From: Candidatus Babeliales bacterium
Lineage (GTDB): Bacteria; Babelota; Babeliae; Babelales; JACPOV01
Assembly (NCBI GenBank): GCA_050250855.1
Contig: JBFWNW010000001.1
Coordinates: forward strand, 224,001 to 288,000
DNA length: 64,000 bases
Reading direction: 5' to 3'
A model generated the notes under the pieces. It made no database searches and was not told the DNA's origin. It saw only the letters and a program-made list of their open reading frames with translations. Position numbers and translations under genes: made by a program. This document shows, piece after piece, positions 31,223 through 39,628 of this stretch (position 1 is the first letter of the stretch; each line of letters begins with the position of its first letter).

Positions 31223-32591
31223 GTTTTTATTTTTTATAATTCTTGTGTTTGCTATGCAAGTACAAGCTCGTTCAAAGCGCGATGTAAAACAGCTTCCCCT
31301 TTCATCTCTTGTTGGTGCAGATATTGTACTTAAAAAAAAATTTTCAAAAGCATGGTGCAGTAGAAATGGTTTAGCATTTCTGTGTAATCATTGCCTTGCT
31401 AAAAGCAAGACATTTTTAGTGCCACGAGAAGCTTGTGTACAATCTCGTTTGCATAATCAGATCAAACAGTTTGAATCGTTACATAAAGAAAAACAGTTAG
31501 CATCATTTTTTTCATTTATGGTGCGCGTTTTGCTACAAGAAAAATTACTGAACTCCCCTGATGAATGGGTTATAAAAAGTCATGGTGGTTTTATGATTTC
31601 ATCAGCAGATCAGCCAGGAAAGCAGTTGTTTTATCCTTCAAATACACTATCTATTAAAACGCATGCTAATGCATTATATCTTGATAATAAGCGTTGTGAT
31701 GCACAAAAAATTATGATAAAACCAGCGCATGGTTATTTGCATTATGATGATTATCATTATCAAGGAGCGTTTTTGGTTGTCATAGACCAAGAACGTGCTT
31801 ATTTAATAAGTCAGCTTGATATTGAGGATTATATTTTTTCTGTGCTGCGTTGGGAAAGTTGGCCAGGGTGGCCGGTTGAGGTCAATAAAGCATTTGCGAT
31901 TGCTTGCAGAAGTTATTTAATTGCTAAAGTGTTGCAAGCGAATAAAAAAAATAGCTTGTACCACATTAAAAATTCTAATATTCACCAAACCTATAATGGT
32001 ATGCATGGTTGCTATAATTTAAAACAAGCAATTGATGAAACACGCGGCCTCATTTTAGCACACAATAAAAAGCCGATTGAAGCAATGTTTGATTGTTGTT
32101 GTGGTGATGTAATTCCAGCAAAATTGAGTGGCGTGAATTTTAAAAAAGCTCCTTACTTGGCGCGCCGCTATCCGTGTAATTTTTGCAAGCCGTGTAAAAT
32201 TTATGCATGGCGCTTAGAATATTCCGTAAAAGAGTTTCTTGATATTTTGCATCAAGCAGGGTACCCCATCAAAACTATTCTTGATATTGCGGTAGTAAAA
32301 AAAGATTCTGCAGGTGCAGCAAAAGAGATTTTAATACGGGGGAATAATGCCGTGATAACCTTTACCGGCAAGCAGTTTTATTCTTTGCTTACTAAAATAA
32401 AAAGTTACTGTTATACCATAGAAAAAAAAGATGATACGATTATTTTTGATGGCAAGGGCTATGGTCACCACCTTGGCATTTGCCAGTGGGGTGCACGACG
32501 CATGATTGATGAAGGGTGGACCTATGCTTCGATTTTACATTTTTATTATCCGGGCAGTATGTTAATGGAATTAAAAAATACGGTGAGTTGA
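31206..32591 (+). CDS. SpoIID/LytB domain peptidoglycan lytic transglycosylase
   Basis: EDYI.SV...E, KAFAIACRSY, Q.Y.G, GYGHHLGICQWGA, ILHFYYPG; start uncertain. Confidence 0.9.
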   Translation: MVLNSRFLFFIILVFAMQVQARSKRDVKQLPLSSLVGADIVLKKKFSKAWCSRNGLAFLCNHCLAKSKTFLVPREACVQSRLHNQIKQFESLHKEKQLASFFSFMVRVLLQEKLLNSPDEWVIKSHGGFMISSADQPGKQLFYPSNTLSIKTHANALYLDNKRCDAQKIMIKPAHGYLHYDDYHYQGAFLVVIDQERAYLISQLDIEDYIFSVLRWESWPGWPVEVNKAFAIACRSYLIAKVLQANKKNSLYHIKNSNIHQTYNGMHGCYNLKQAIDETRGLILAHNKKPIEAMFDCCCGDVIPAKLSGVNFKKAPYLARRYPCNFCKPCKIYAWRLEYSVKEFLDILHQAGYPIKTILDIAVVKKDSAGAAKEILIRGNNAVITFTGKQFYSLLTKIKSYCYTIEKKDDTIIFDGKGYGHHLGICQWGARRMIDEGWTYASILHFYYPGSMLMELKNTVS

Positions 32592-32595
32592 AGAG

Positions 32596-32718
32596 TGGTT
32601 CGAGACGTTTTTCTACGAAAAACCCTCACCACGAACGGATTTAAAAAATAATTATAGTATTTTAAAACTTACAAAATTAATCTCCCGTTCGTGGTGAGGA
32701 ACGAAGTGTCTCGAACCA
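32596..32718. repeat. Paired inverted REP-like palindromic repeat (family A)
   Basis: TGGTTCGAGAC...CTCACCACGAACGG / CCGTTCGTGGTGAG...GTCTCGAACCA arms around an AT-rich spacer; relatives at 59483-59661. Confidence 0.85.
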
Positions 32719-32747
32719 TAACGGGATTTTTAGTAAAAGGGTTTGGT

Positions 32748-33206
32748 ATGCCAAATTATAAAGGTCATCTTGTTGGTGGGGCTGCTGCTTTTGGCATAGT
32801 TCTTTATTGCATAAAAAGCAAAAATCCAACTATTATTACTGCGCTTGAATGGTTGTGCTGTGCATTATTGGGCGCCTTGTTTCCTGATATTGATACAAAA
32901 AGCAAGGGACAAAAAATTTTTTACCGAATGGTATTTTTTTCTGTTGTTGTTTTGCTTATACAAATGCGGATACGAGCAGTAGCATTTGTTAGTTTATTAG
33001 CACTTTCACCATTACTCATTCGTCACCGTGGCATTACGCATTCATTATGGTTTATTGTGTTTTTATGCAGTTCTGCATTGGTCTATGCACATATATTTGC
33101 ACCAGCATACGCGCAGCTTGTTTTTTTTGATGCGTTGTTTTTTTGTGCAGGGGCAATTTCTCATTTGTGGTTGGATCTGGGTTTACGGAGAATGTTGCGT
33201 ATTTAA
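32748..33206 (+). CDS. Membrane metal-dependent hydrolase (YdjM-like)
   Basis: MP.YKGH, LFPDID, HRGITHS, SHLWLD; start at ATG 32748 because the upstream extension lies in the repeat. Confidence 0.9.
   Translation: MPNYKGHLVGGAAAFGIVLYCIKSKNPTIITALEWLCCALLGALFPDIDTKSKGQKIFYRMVFFSVVVLLIQMRIRAVAFVSLLALSPLLIRHRGITHSLWFIVFLCSSALVYAHIFAPAYAQLVFFDALFFCAGAISHLWLDLGLRRMLRI
33165..33206 (+). repeat. Repeat R0: 3' end of the hydrolase gene, ending LWLDLGLRRMLRI*
   Basis: ttgtggttggatctgggtttacggagaatgttgcgtatttaa; similar copies R1-R3 downstream. Confidence 0.9.
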
Positions 33207-33853
33207 TGAAATGGAAAAGCTGGTGTTCCCACTGTTACAAGAACAAGAAATGTTACAAAGAAACAAGCTATACAACAAATCACACAAGGTGTAACTATTA
33301 CGCAGTTACAACAGTAGGTCATCTTATGCAGTTTTTCATTATCTTTGGGTATTTGAGTTGCACAGTATAGAGCAAGCTCATTTATTTTGGTTTTAGGGAC
33401 AACAATATTTTGCTTTTCAAGATCATTCTTTATTTTTTCTGAGAAAAAGGTTGTGTCATTGCCAGCAGAGTAAGAGCTATGGAATAGTTTTCTAGGAGAA
33501 AAGATTATTTTTGATGCTAGATTGTGTTGTTTTTTTAAAAACTCTAAACATTCTTTCTGACGTTCTTCATTTTTAGTATATATTTTCCAAGCATTATCTT
33601 TTGTTAAAGGCATTTCCAATTTAATTAATTTTTTACAATCTTTATTAAGTTTTGTATCAAAACTTGTTTTATCAAACTGGGTAAAGTTTTTGGCAATATA
33701 TTGTGCCGTTAACTTTTTTAATGAGGTGACAGTTTTTTGTTGTTTCATTGGGATAACAATTTCATCATTGTCTTGTGGCAACAGATTATACTTATGTTCC
33801 ATTGCATACGAGAGTGTGCTTAGTGTGAGTAGTAAAATTATGTAATTTTTCAT
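33203..33853 (-). CDS. Array paralog 1: exported protein with C-terminal Cys-rich TM anchor
   Basis: MKNYIILLLTLSTLSYAME, SLKKLTAQYI, RQKECLEF; hydrophobic tail. Confidence 0.85.
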   Translation of the reverse strand: MKNYIILLLTLSTLSYAMEHKYNLLPQDNDEIVIPMKQQKTVTSLKKLTAQYIAKNFTQFDKTSFDTKLNKDCKKLIKLEMPLTKDNAWKIYTKNEERQKECLEFLKKQHNLASKIIFSPRKLFHSSYSAGNDTTFFSEKIKNDLEKQNIVVPKTKINELALYCATQIPKDNEKLHKMTYCCNCVIVTPCVICCIACFFVTFLVLVTVGTPAFPFH

Positions 33854-33880
33854 GATTAATCTTTTTTGTTATGTTTTTAT

Positions 33881-33921
33881 CTGTGGTTAGATTTTGGTTT
33901 GCAAGAATGTTACGGATTTAA
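33881..33921 (+). repeat. Repeat R1 (copy of hydrolase 3' end, 1-nt deletion)
   Basis: ctgtggttagattttggtttgcaagaatgttacggatttaa. Confidence 0.9.
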
Positions 33922-33922
33922 C

Positions 33923-34561
33923 TTACTGATCAGATGATCCATTTATAATAATATATATGAGAGCAATTAACCCTGAAAGGACAAAGCAAGAGCATGTGGC
34001 CATGGTTCTTTTTTCAAAACACCAACGAATTTTTTTCATCTGTTCATGGGTGAGTTCTTTATTGCACTTTTCTAAACAATAAGAAGTAATTTGTTGTTGT
34101 TGCTCGGGCGTTAATTGAGAGAAATTGTTTAGGCTTTTTTGAAAAAAATTTTTCCAATTTATAAGTGTTGTTTTTTCCTTTATATCATCCATGTCGCTTT
34201 TTATTAGACCAAGCTGGCTGGTATCAGGTCGATTAAGCTGATAAAAAAAATCAAGGCATTCTTGTTCTCGTTTTGGATGTTTAGTATACATTGCAATTGC
34301 ATTATCATTGGTCAATGGCAGTTCCAATTCAACTAATTCTTTACAGTCTTCATTAAGTTTTGTATCAAAACTTGTTTTGTCAAACTGGGTAAAGTTTTTA
34401 GCAATGTATTGTGCCGTTAGCTTTTTTAATGAGGTGACAGCTTTTTGTTGTTTCATTGGTAGAGCAATTTCATCATTATGCTGTAGCAAGAGTTGATACT
34501 CTGGTTCCATTGCATACGAGAGTGTGTTTAGTGTGACCAGTAAAATTATGTACTTTTTCAT
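33923..34561 (-). CDS. Array paralog 2
   Basis: N-terminal half near-identical to paralog 1; REQECLDF; C-terminal TM. Confidence 0.85.
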   Translation of the reverse strand: MKKYIILLVTLNTLSYAMEPEYQLLLQHNDEIALPMKQQKAVTSLKKLTAQYIAKNFTQFDKTSFDTKLNEDCKELVELELPLTNDNAIAMYTKHPKREQECLDFFYQLNRPDTSQLGLIKSDMDDIKEKTTLINWKNFFQKSLNNFSQLTPEQQQQITSYCLEKCNKELTHEQMKKIRWCFEKRTMATCSCFVLSGLIALIYIIINGSSDQ

Positions 34562-34581
34562 GATTAATCTTTTTTTATCCT

Positions 34582-34620
34582 TGGTTAGATCTTGGTTTGC
34601 GGAGAATGCTACGGATTTAA
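34582..34620 (+). repeat. Repeat R2 (copy of hydrolase 3' end)
   Basis: tggttagatcttggtttgcggagaatgctacggatttaa = WLDLGLRRMLRI*. Confidence 0.9.
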
Positions 34621-35276
34621 TGAAAGAGAGACACAGCTGCGAAAACTGAAGAAAGAAAGCAGAATGCTGTCGGTACGGCGCAAAGTATTTGGCACCATCC
34701 GGCTCTATTCATAGTTATCATAACGGGATTATTTTTTTTAGCAGGAACAGGATACACAGCGCCCTGAAAGCCGTTTAAATTTTCTTTATGTGCTTTTTTG
34801 GCATCCCGCTGAAGTTTTTCTGCGCATTTATTTATAATTCGTTGTCTTAAATGTGAAGCCACTAGGATATTTTTTTCTTGCAGATGTTGATCTATTTGTT
34901 TGAGAAAATACTCCTTGTTGTATTTTTTCTTATAAGACTTATCTATGAATTCGTTCTGAACAGACCATGCGTGAAACGAAATTTGATTTACAGGTTTAAA
35001 TTCATACTGTGTTACCAAAAATTGTTCACACTCTTGTTCTCGTTTTTCATATTCAGTAAATATTTTCCATACATTGTCAGGATTTAATGGTAGTTCTCGT
35101 TCAATAAGATCTATACAATCTTGCGGGATGGTATCTGGTTTGATTTGTGCTTCGAATTGTTTGTAATTTTGTGTAACAGAGAGAACAGCAAGAGTTTTTA
35201 GTGAAGGAAATTCATTAGGTTCCATTGCATATGAAACGGTGCTTAGCGTGACCAGTAAAATTATATATTTTTTCAT
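34617..35276 (-). CDS. Array paralog 3
   Basis: SYAME, PSLKTLAVL, ELPL..DN, REQECEQF; C-terminal TM. Confidence 0.85.
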   Translation of the reverse strand: MKKYIILLVTLSTVSYAMEPNEFPSLKTLAVLSVTQNYKQFEAQIKPDTIPQDCIDLIERELPLNPDNVWKIFTEYEKREQECEQFLVTQYEFKPVNQISFHAWSVQNEFIDKSYKKKYNKEYFLKQIDQHLQEKNILVASHLRQRIINKCAEKLQRDAKKAHKENLNGFQGAVYPVPAKKNNPVMITMNRAGWCQILCAVPTAFCFLSSVFAAVSLFH

Positions 35277-35284
35277 GGTAGCCT

Positions 35285-35326
35285 TTGTGGTTAGATCTGG
35301 GTTTACGAAGAATGTTGCGGATTTAA
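35285..35326 (+). repeat. Repeat R3 (copy of hydrolase 3' end)
   Basis: ttgtggttagatctgggtttacgaagaatgttgcggatttaa = LWLDLGLRRMLRI*. Confidence 0.9.
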
Positions 35327-35330
35327 GTAT

Positions 35331-35885
35331 CTAGTTTAAAGATAAAGCTATTACCATACCAAAATATAAAAATGGAAATCCCATACCGCATATTATCAAA
35401 GCAATGTTTCCACAAAAGTCTGATGCTTCATTAAGGTTCCATTGTAGTTCTTTATGGCATTGGTGTGCTATAGTAATAAGCTTTGTTTTATCATGTATAA
35501 TTGTATGCTTTTTAGCATCATTTTCTATTTTATTGTAAAAATAGTTTTCATTATATTCATTTAAATATTTTCTTTGTTCTTTTTGAGTTAAAGAAGGAAC
35601 TTTATCGCTACAATATGCATTGACCAAAAATTGCTCACACTCTTGTTCTCGTTTTTTATATTCAGTAAATATTTTCCATACATTGTCAGGATTCAATGGT
35701 AGTTCTCGTTCAATAAGATCTATACAATCTTGCGGAATAATATCTGGTTTGATTTGTGTTTCGAATTGTTTGTAATTTCGTGCAACAGTCAGAACAGCAA
35801 GAGTTTTTAATGAAGGAAATTCATTAGATTCCATTGCATATGAAACGGTGCTTAGTGTGAGCAATAAAAATATGTATATTTTCAT
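35331..35885 (-). CDS. Array paralog 4
   Basis: N-terminal half near-identical to paralog 3; C-terminal TM. Confidence 0.85.
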   Translation of the reverse strand: MKIYIFLLLTLSTVSYAMESNEFPSLKTLAVLTVARNYKQFETQIKPDIIPQDCIDLIERELPLNPDNVWKIFTEYKKREQECEQFLVNAYCSDKVPSLTQKEQRKYLNEYNENYFYNKIENDAKKHTIIHDKTKLITIAHQCHKELQWNLNEASDFCGNIALIICGMGFPFLYFGMVIALSLN

Positions 35886-35893
35886 GTTGATTT

Positions 35894-36427
35894 TTATAAT
35901 TCACTAATAGTATAAATAATATATCCCATGAATACGCATGTCAGTAAGCAGTAAAAATTACCGATATATTGATAGCAAGATATTTTTCTTTTTCTTGATT
36001 CATCATGGAATGTTCTTTCTACAAGTTCAGGAATTGCTATGCTTATTTCATCAGGTTCTAGTTGTTGGTTTTGTAATGTAGTATAAAAAAATTCTCGAAT
36101 ATGTTTTTCTTGCTCCTGAGAGCTAGTATATATAAAATTGTCTTTAAAATAAATGGGTGGAGAATTATGTTGATAAAAGAATTCTAAACATTCTTGTTCT
36201 CTGTCTTGATTATGCTTAAAGATGTTTAAAACATTATCGTCTGTTAATGGTTTTTCCCATGCAATTGCTTTTTTGCATTCTCGGGGTAGTGTTGCGGTAT
36301 TATTAATTTTTTCTTCAAAGTTTTTATAATTTTTTCCAATATATTGACTAGTTAATTTTTTTAAAGAAGGTATTTCCATGCTAAGCGTTATGGTGTTTAC
36401 CAGAAAAAAAATAAATTTTTTTTTCAA
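35894..36427 (-). CDS. Array paralog 5 (divergent, first transcribed)
   Basis: TTG start after GGAGAGG; LS-MEIPSLKKLTSQYI, PLT.DN, REQECLEF; C-terminal TM. Confidence 0.8.
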   Translation of the reverse strand: MKKKFIFFLVNTITLSMEIPSLKKLTSQYIGKNYKNFEEKINNTATLPRECKKAIAWEKPLTDDNVLNIFKHNQDREQECLEFFYQHNSPPIYFKDNFIYTSSQEQEKHIREFFYTTLQNQQLEPDEISIAIPELVERTFHDESRKRKISCYQYIGNFYCLLTCVFMGYIIYTISEL

Positions 36428-36544
36428 TTGTACCCTCTCCAAAACAAGTTTACTAGTATAGGCTTTTTTTTAATATCACCTATTCATAGTTTATTTTGCA
36501 AGATTTCTTGCTAGTTTTTTCTAGCAAGATAGGCTTTAATACAA

Positions 36545-36600
36545 AAAAAATAACAAAGCTCGCAATAATGCAAACGTTACTGCGAGCTTTGTTATTTTTT
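36545..36600. terminator. Long inverted repeat, probable terminator
   Basis: AAAAAATAACAAAGCTCGCA / TGCGAGCTTTGTTATTTTTT. Confidence 0.8.
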
Positions 36601-36623
36601 ATTCTGATTCAGTTTTAAGAATT

Positions 36624-37037
36624 TTAGTAATCGCAGCAATTATCTTTGTATCTCTCATATTGACCAATAATATCCTTATTTAAGAATATAGTACTTATGC
36701 CACCAGCAGTTAATGCTAAACCAATAGTCGCCATTGCAGAGCCACCTATTCTTGCCGCAACAGATTTGAGCTCCGAAAATATTTTAGAGCATAAACCTTG
36801 GTCTAAGATTTCTTTCTCTGGATGAGCTTGAAGTGTTTGTTCTACACCTTTTTTGACTAATAATAGGCCAATGACAGAAAGGCCTATGCCAAAAGCGTTT
36901 AAGGCTTTTACTCTCGTGTCATTACTGCTAGGGGTATAATACCATTGATCGAATTTTTGATACACATTAGAGCAATTTAGCTGAAAGACTTGAGAGCTTG
37001 TTATGAGCAAAAAAAGTAGAAGAGACTTTAAATTCAT
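36624..37037 (-). CDS. Hypothetical exported/membrane protein
   Basis: Signal-like N-terminus MNLKSLLLFLL plus two Gly-rich hydrophobic segments. Confidence 0.7.
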   Translation of the reverse strand: MNLKSLLLFLLITSSQVFQLNCSNVYQKFDQWYYTPSSNDTRVKALNAFGIGLSVIGLLLVKKGVEQTLQAHPEKEILDQGLCSKIFSELKSVAARIGGSAMATIGLALTAGGISTIFLNKDIIGQYERYKDNCCDY

Positions 37038-37244
37038 AAGATTTACCTTATTTTGTAGAGTGAAATAATGCATAAATAATACGGTTTTTGTGACTTTTAG
37101 TCAAGTTCAAACAATGCTCATTAGACTAACTCTTGTTTTTTTTGTATCAGTGAGATACACCAAGTATAGAAATACAGTTTATGGAGCCGGGTGAGGATGT
37201 CAGTAAAAAATTGTAAGCAGGTAAGAGCTACCCTCTCCCGTTTT

Positions 37245-38627
37245 TTAATTCTTAAAATAAAGTAGAGCTGTGCTTACCAAGACGCCAGGAATAAGAGGAA
37301 TTAGTGGTGTGCCCAATAAAGGCCATAAAGCAGAAACGGTAGCGCCGGCAATTAAAGCAGTAAGTGCGGTAGAGCTTTTTATAGATTTTCCATAAAGTGC
37401 TGCAACAACAACGGGACTGAATGATGCCCCTAATCCTGACCATGCATAGGTGACAAGACCCATGACGGTTGCGCTATTGCGGTAGCCAATCGCATAACCA
37501 AAGAGGGCAACCAAAATAATGCTGCAGCGTGAAACCCAGATTAGTTCTTTATCATGCGCTTTGTGCGTAATGATTTTTTTATAAAAATCTTCAGTGATAG
37601 AATTTGCAGCAACCAGAATCTGCGTATCAATTGTTGACATCGTAGCAGCAAGAATTGCGCATAAAATAATGCCACCAAAAAATGGATTAAAAAGCATTTT
37701 AACCAGCTGTACAAATACCATTTCACTTCTAGCCAAATGAGGCGTAAGGCCCATGCCAACAAGTCCTACGGCAACAGCACTGAGTAATGAAATTACAAGC
37801 CACGTCATACCCAGATATTTTGCTCGTTTTGTATGTTCAGGATTATCAATGCCCATATAGTTAACCACTACATGCGGCATCCCCAAATAACCAACACCCC
37901 AGACAATACCATTAAGCATTTCTATCAATGTTGTAATATTACCAGAGGGAATTAATGATAATGAAATATTATTGTGCGCTGCATAGGATATAATTGGCTG
38001 TAAGCTTCCTAAAGTATATAAACTGATAATTGGTACTATAGCAATCATGGCAAGCAAAAACATTCCTTGAAAAAAATGATTCCATACAAGGGCAATAAAG
38101 CCACCGCATAAAATATAAAGAAGTGATGCACCAAGGCCAATAACCATGCCGGTGTGATAATTAATACCAAAGACCGCTTCAAATACGCGGCCCATGCCTG
38201 TTAATCCTGCGCCAATATAAAAACTAAAAAAGAACATAAGAATAATACTAGAAGCAATCCCTAGATAGCCTTTTTTGTCGTTGAAGCGTTTTTCTAAGAA
38301 AGATGAAAGGGTAACCGTTTGATACTGCTCGGTGGCAACACGTAATTTTTGTGCAATAAAATGCCAGCTTAAAAACATACCGCCAACAAGACCTATGGCA
38401 ATCCAAGCACCTTCTAGTCCTTGCGTATAGATTGTTGCCGGAAATGCCATAAAAAGCCATGCGCTCATATCACTTGCATGCGCAGCTATAGCAGTAACCC
38501 AATAGTTAACGCCACGGTTGCCCAGCATAAATTCTGAGGAAGTTTTTGTTTTAAGGTAGCTAACAATACCTATCAAAAAAAGAATGCCAAAATATAGTAA
38601 AAATGCGACCAAAAGTGCTATATTCAT
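37245..38627 (-). CDS. putP: Sodium:solute (proline) symporter
   Basis: ASDMSAW, GYLGMPH, AILAATMSTID.Q, AWSGLGASF.P. Confidence 0.9.
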   Translation of the reverse strand: MNIALLVAFLLYFGILFLIGIVSYLKTKTSSEFMLGNRGVNYWVTAIAAHASDMSAWLFMAFPATIYTQGLEGAWIAIGLVGGMFLSWHFIAQKLRVATEQYQTVTLSSFLEKRFNDKKGYLGIASSIILMFFFSFYIGAGLTGMGRVFEAVFGINYHTGMVIGLGASLLYILCGGFIALVWNHFFQGMFLLAMIAIVPIISLYTLGSLQPIISYAAHNNISLSLIPSGNITTLIEMLNGIVWGVGYLGMPHVVVNYMGIDNPEHTKRAKYLGMTWLVISLLSAVAVGLVGMGLTPHLARSEMVFVQLVKMLFNPFFGGIILCAILAATMSTIDTQILVAANSITEDFYKKIITHKAHDKELIWVSRCSIILVALFGYAIGYRNSATVMGLVTYAWSGLGASFSPVVVAALYGKSIKSSTALTALIAGATVSALWPLLGTPLIPLIPGVLVSTALLYFKN

Positions 38628-38828
38628 TATGGTTCCTAAAATAATTAATAGTTTTATATAAGGTTAGAATACCTGAATTTTGTAAAAAAGGGAAAATCTA
38701 CCTTTTTTTTTACCTGAAATCTATGATTAGGTCTTATTTTTAAGCATTTTTCTTTATTTTTAGAGCTTGTTTTTGTTATACTGAAAATAAACAGGTTACC
38801 GTAGTTAAAAAAGAGATAAAAAAGGAGT

Positions 38829-39617
38829 ATGAAAATGAATACTAAAAAGTTGTTAATCTTAGCACTATTGCTTATTTCTGGTGCAGCAATCCGCGCTGGT
38901 ATAGAGCTTGAAACGCAATTGCCAGAAGAAATTAAGAACAAATTAGTGCAATTGCAGAGTCAATTAAAAAATCAGGCAATTTTAAAAACTAAAACTAAAG
39001 GTGGTTCTAAATATCCTGTGTTGCTTGATAAAAATAATCTTCGCCTTGGTTTGCAGTTTATAACAAAAGAAAATCTTGAAAATTTGACACCAAAACAGAT
39101 TGGTCATTTAAAAGATGCGGTGAAAAATATTTATGATAAAGGATTGCAGCAACCAGTAAATATTAATTTAACAAATGCTCAGTTTAAATTAGTTCCTTTT
39201 GCCGAAGGTACTTTTAATGGCTGGCGTTTATTACTTGAACTTGATGCAGAACAGCAATCCCAAGCATTTAATGATTTTCAGAAAATCTTATATGATGAAT
39301 TAGCACAAAAGAACATTCAAGTTGATACTGGTGCATCATTATTTATAACGCTTGGGTTTACTCGCTTCGAGCAGGTTAAGAATGCTATTAAAGATTTTAA
39401 ATTACAAGCTACTGTACAGCCATTTGCACTTGGTTCTTTGATTTTGACAACGGTTAATTTAGATGTAAAGCCGACAACAATACGTATTGAACGAAAACCT
39501 ATCGAGGAATTTGGCAAGAATGTATATGTGCCTGCACCTGGTGATACTCAATTTGGTAAAAAAGGCCGTACCGGTAAAACAGGTAGATTGGGTAGAAGAG
39601 GCCAGCACAAGTTATAA
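38829..39617 (+). CDS. Exported protein, degenerate 2H-phosphoesterase paralog with basic tail
   Basis: Signal peptide; by-eye alignment to the downstream 2H protein, HxT motifs replaced by RLG and FIT. Confidence 0.7.
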   Translation: MKMNTKKLLILALLLISGAAIRAGIELETQLPEEIKNKLVQLQSQLKNQAILKTKTKGGSKYPVLLDKNNLRLGLQFITKENLENLTPKQIGHLKDAVKNIYDKGLQQPVNINLTNAQFKLVPFAEGTFNGWRLLLELDAEQQSQAFNDFQKILYDELAQKNIQVDTGASLFITLGFTRFEQVKNAIKDFKLQATVQPFALGSLILTTVNLDVKPTTIRIERKPIEEFGKNVYVPAPGDTQFGKKGRTGKTGRLGRRGQHKL

Positions 39618-39628
39618 TCTAAAGAGAT

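Noticed and set aside
33165..35326. R repeats as a CRISPR array
   Set aside because: Spacing is ~700 bp and filled by whole genes, the repeats are degenerate coding sequence, and there are no cas genes.
33881..35326. R repeats as integron attC or dif-like sites (they contain GTTAGAT = GTTRRRY, and ATTTAA)
   Set aside because: The order is GTT...AAC, the reverse of attC. There is no hairpin, no XerC/XerD 11-6-11 layout and no intI in the window.
37186..37245. Imperfect CGGGTGAGG/CCTCTCCCG inverted repeat after putP
   Set aside because: Short, mismatched and with a long loop; not enough to call a terminator or RNA.
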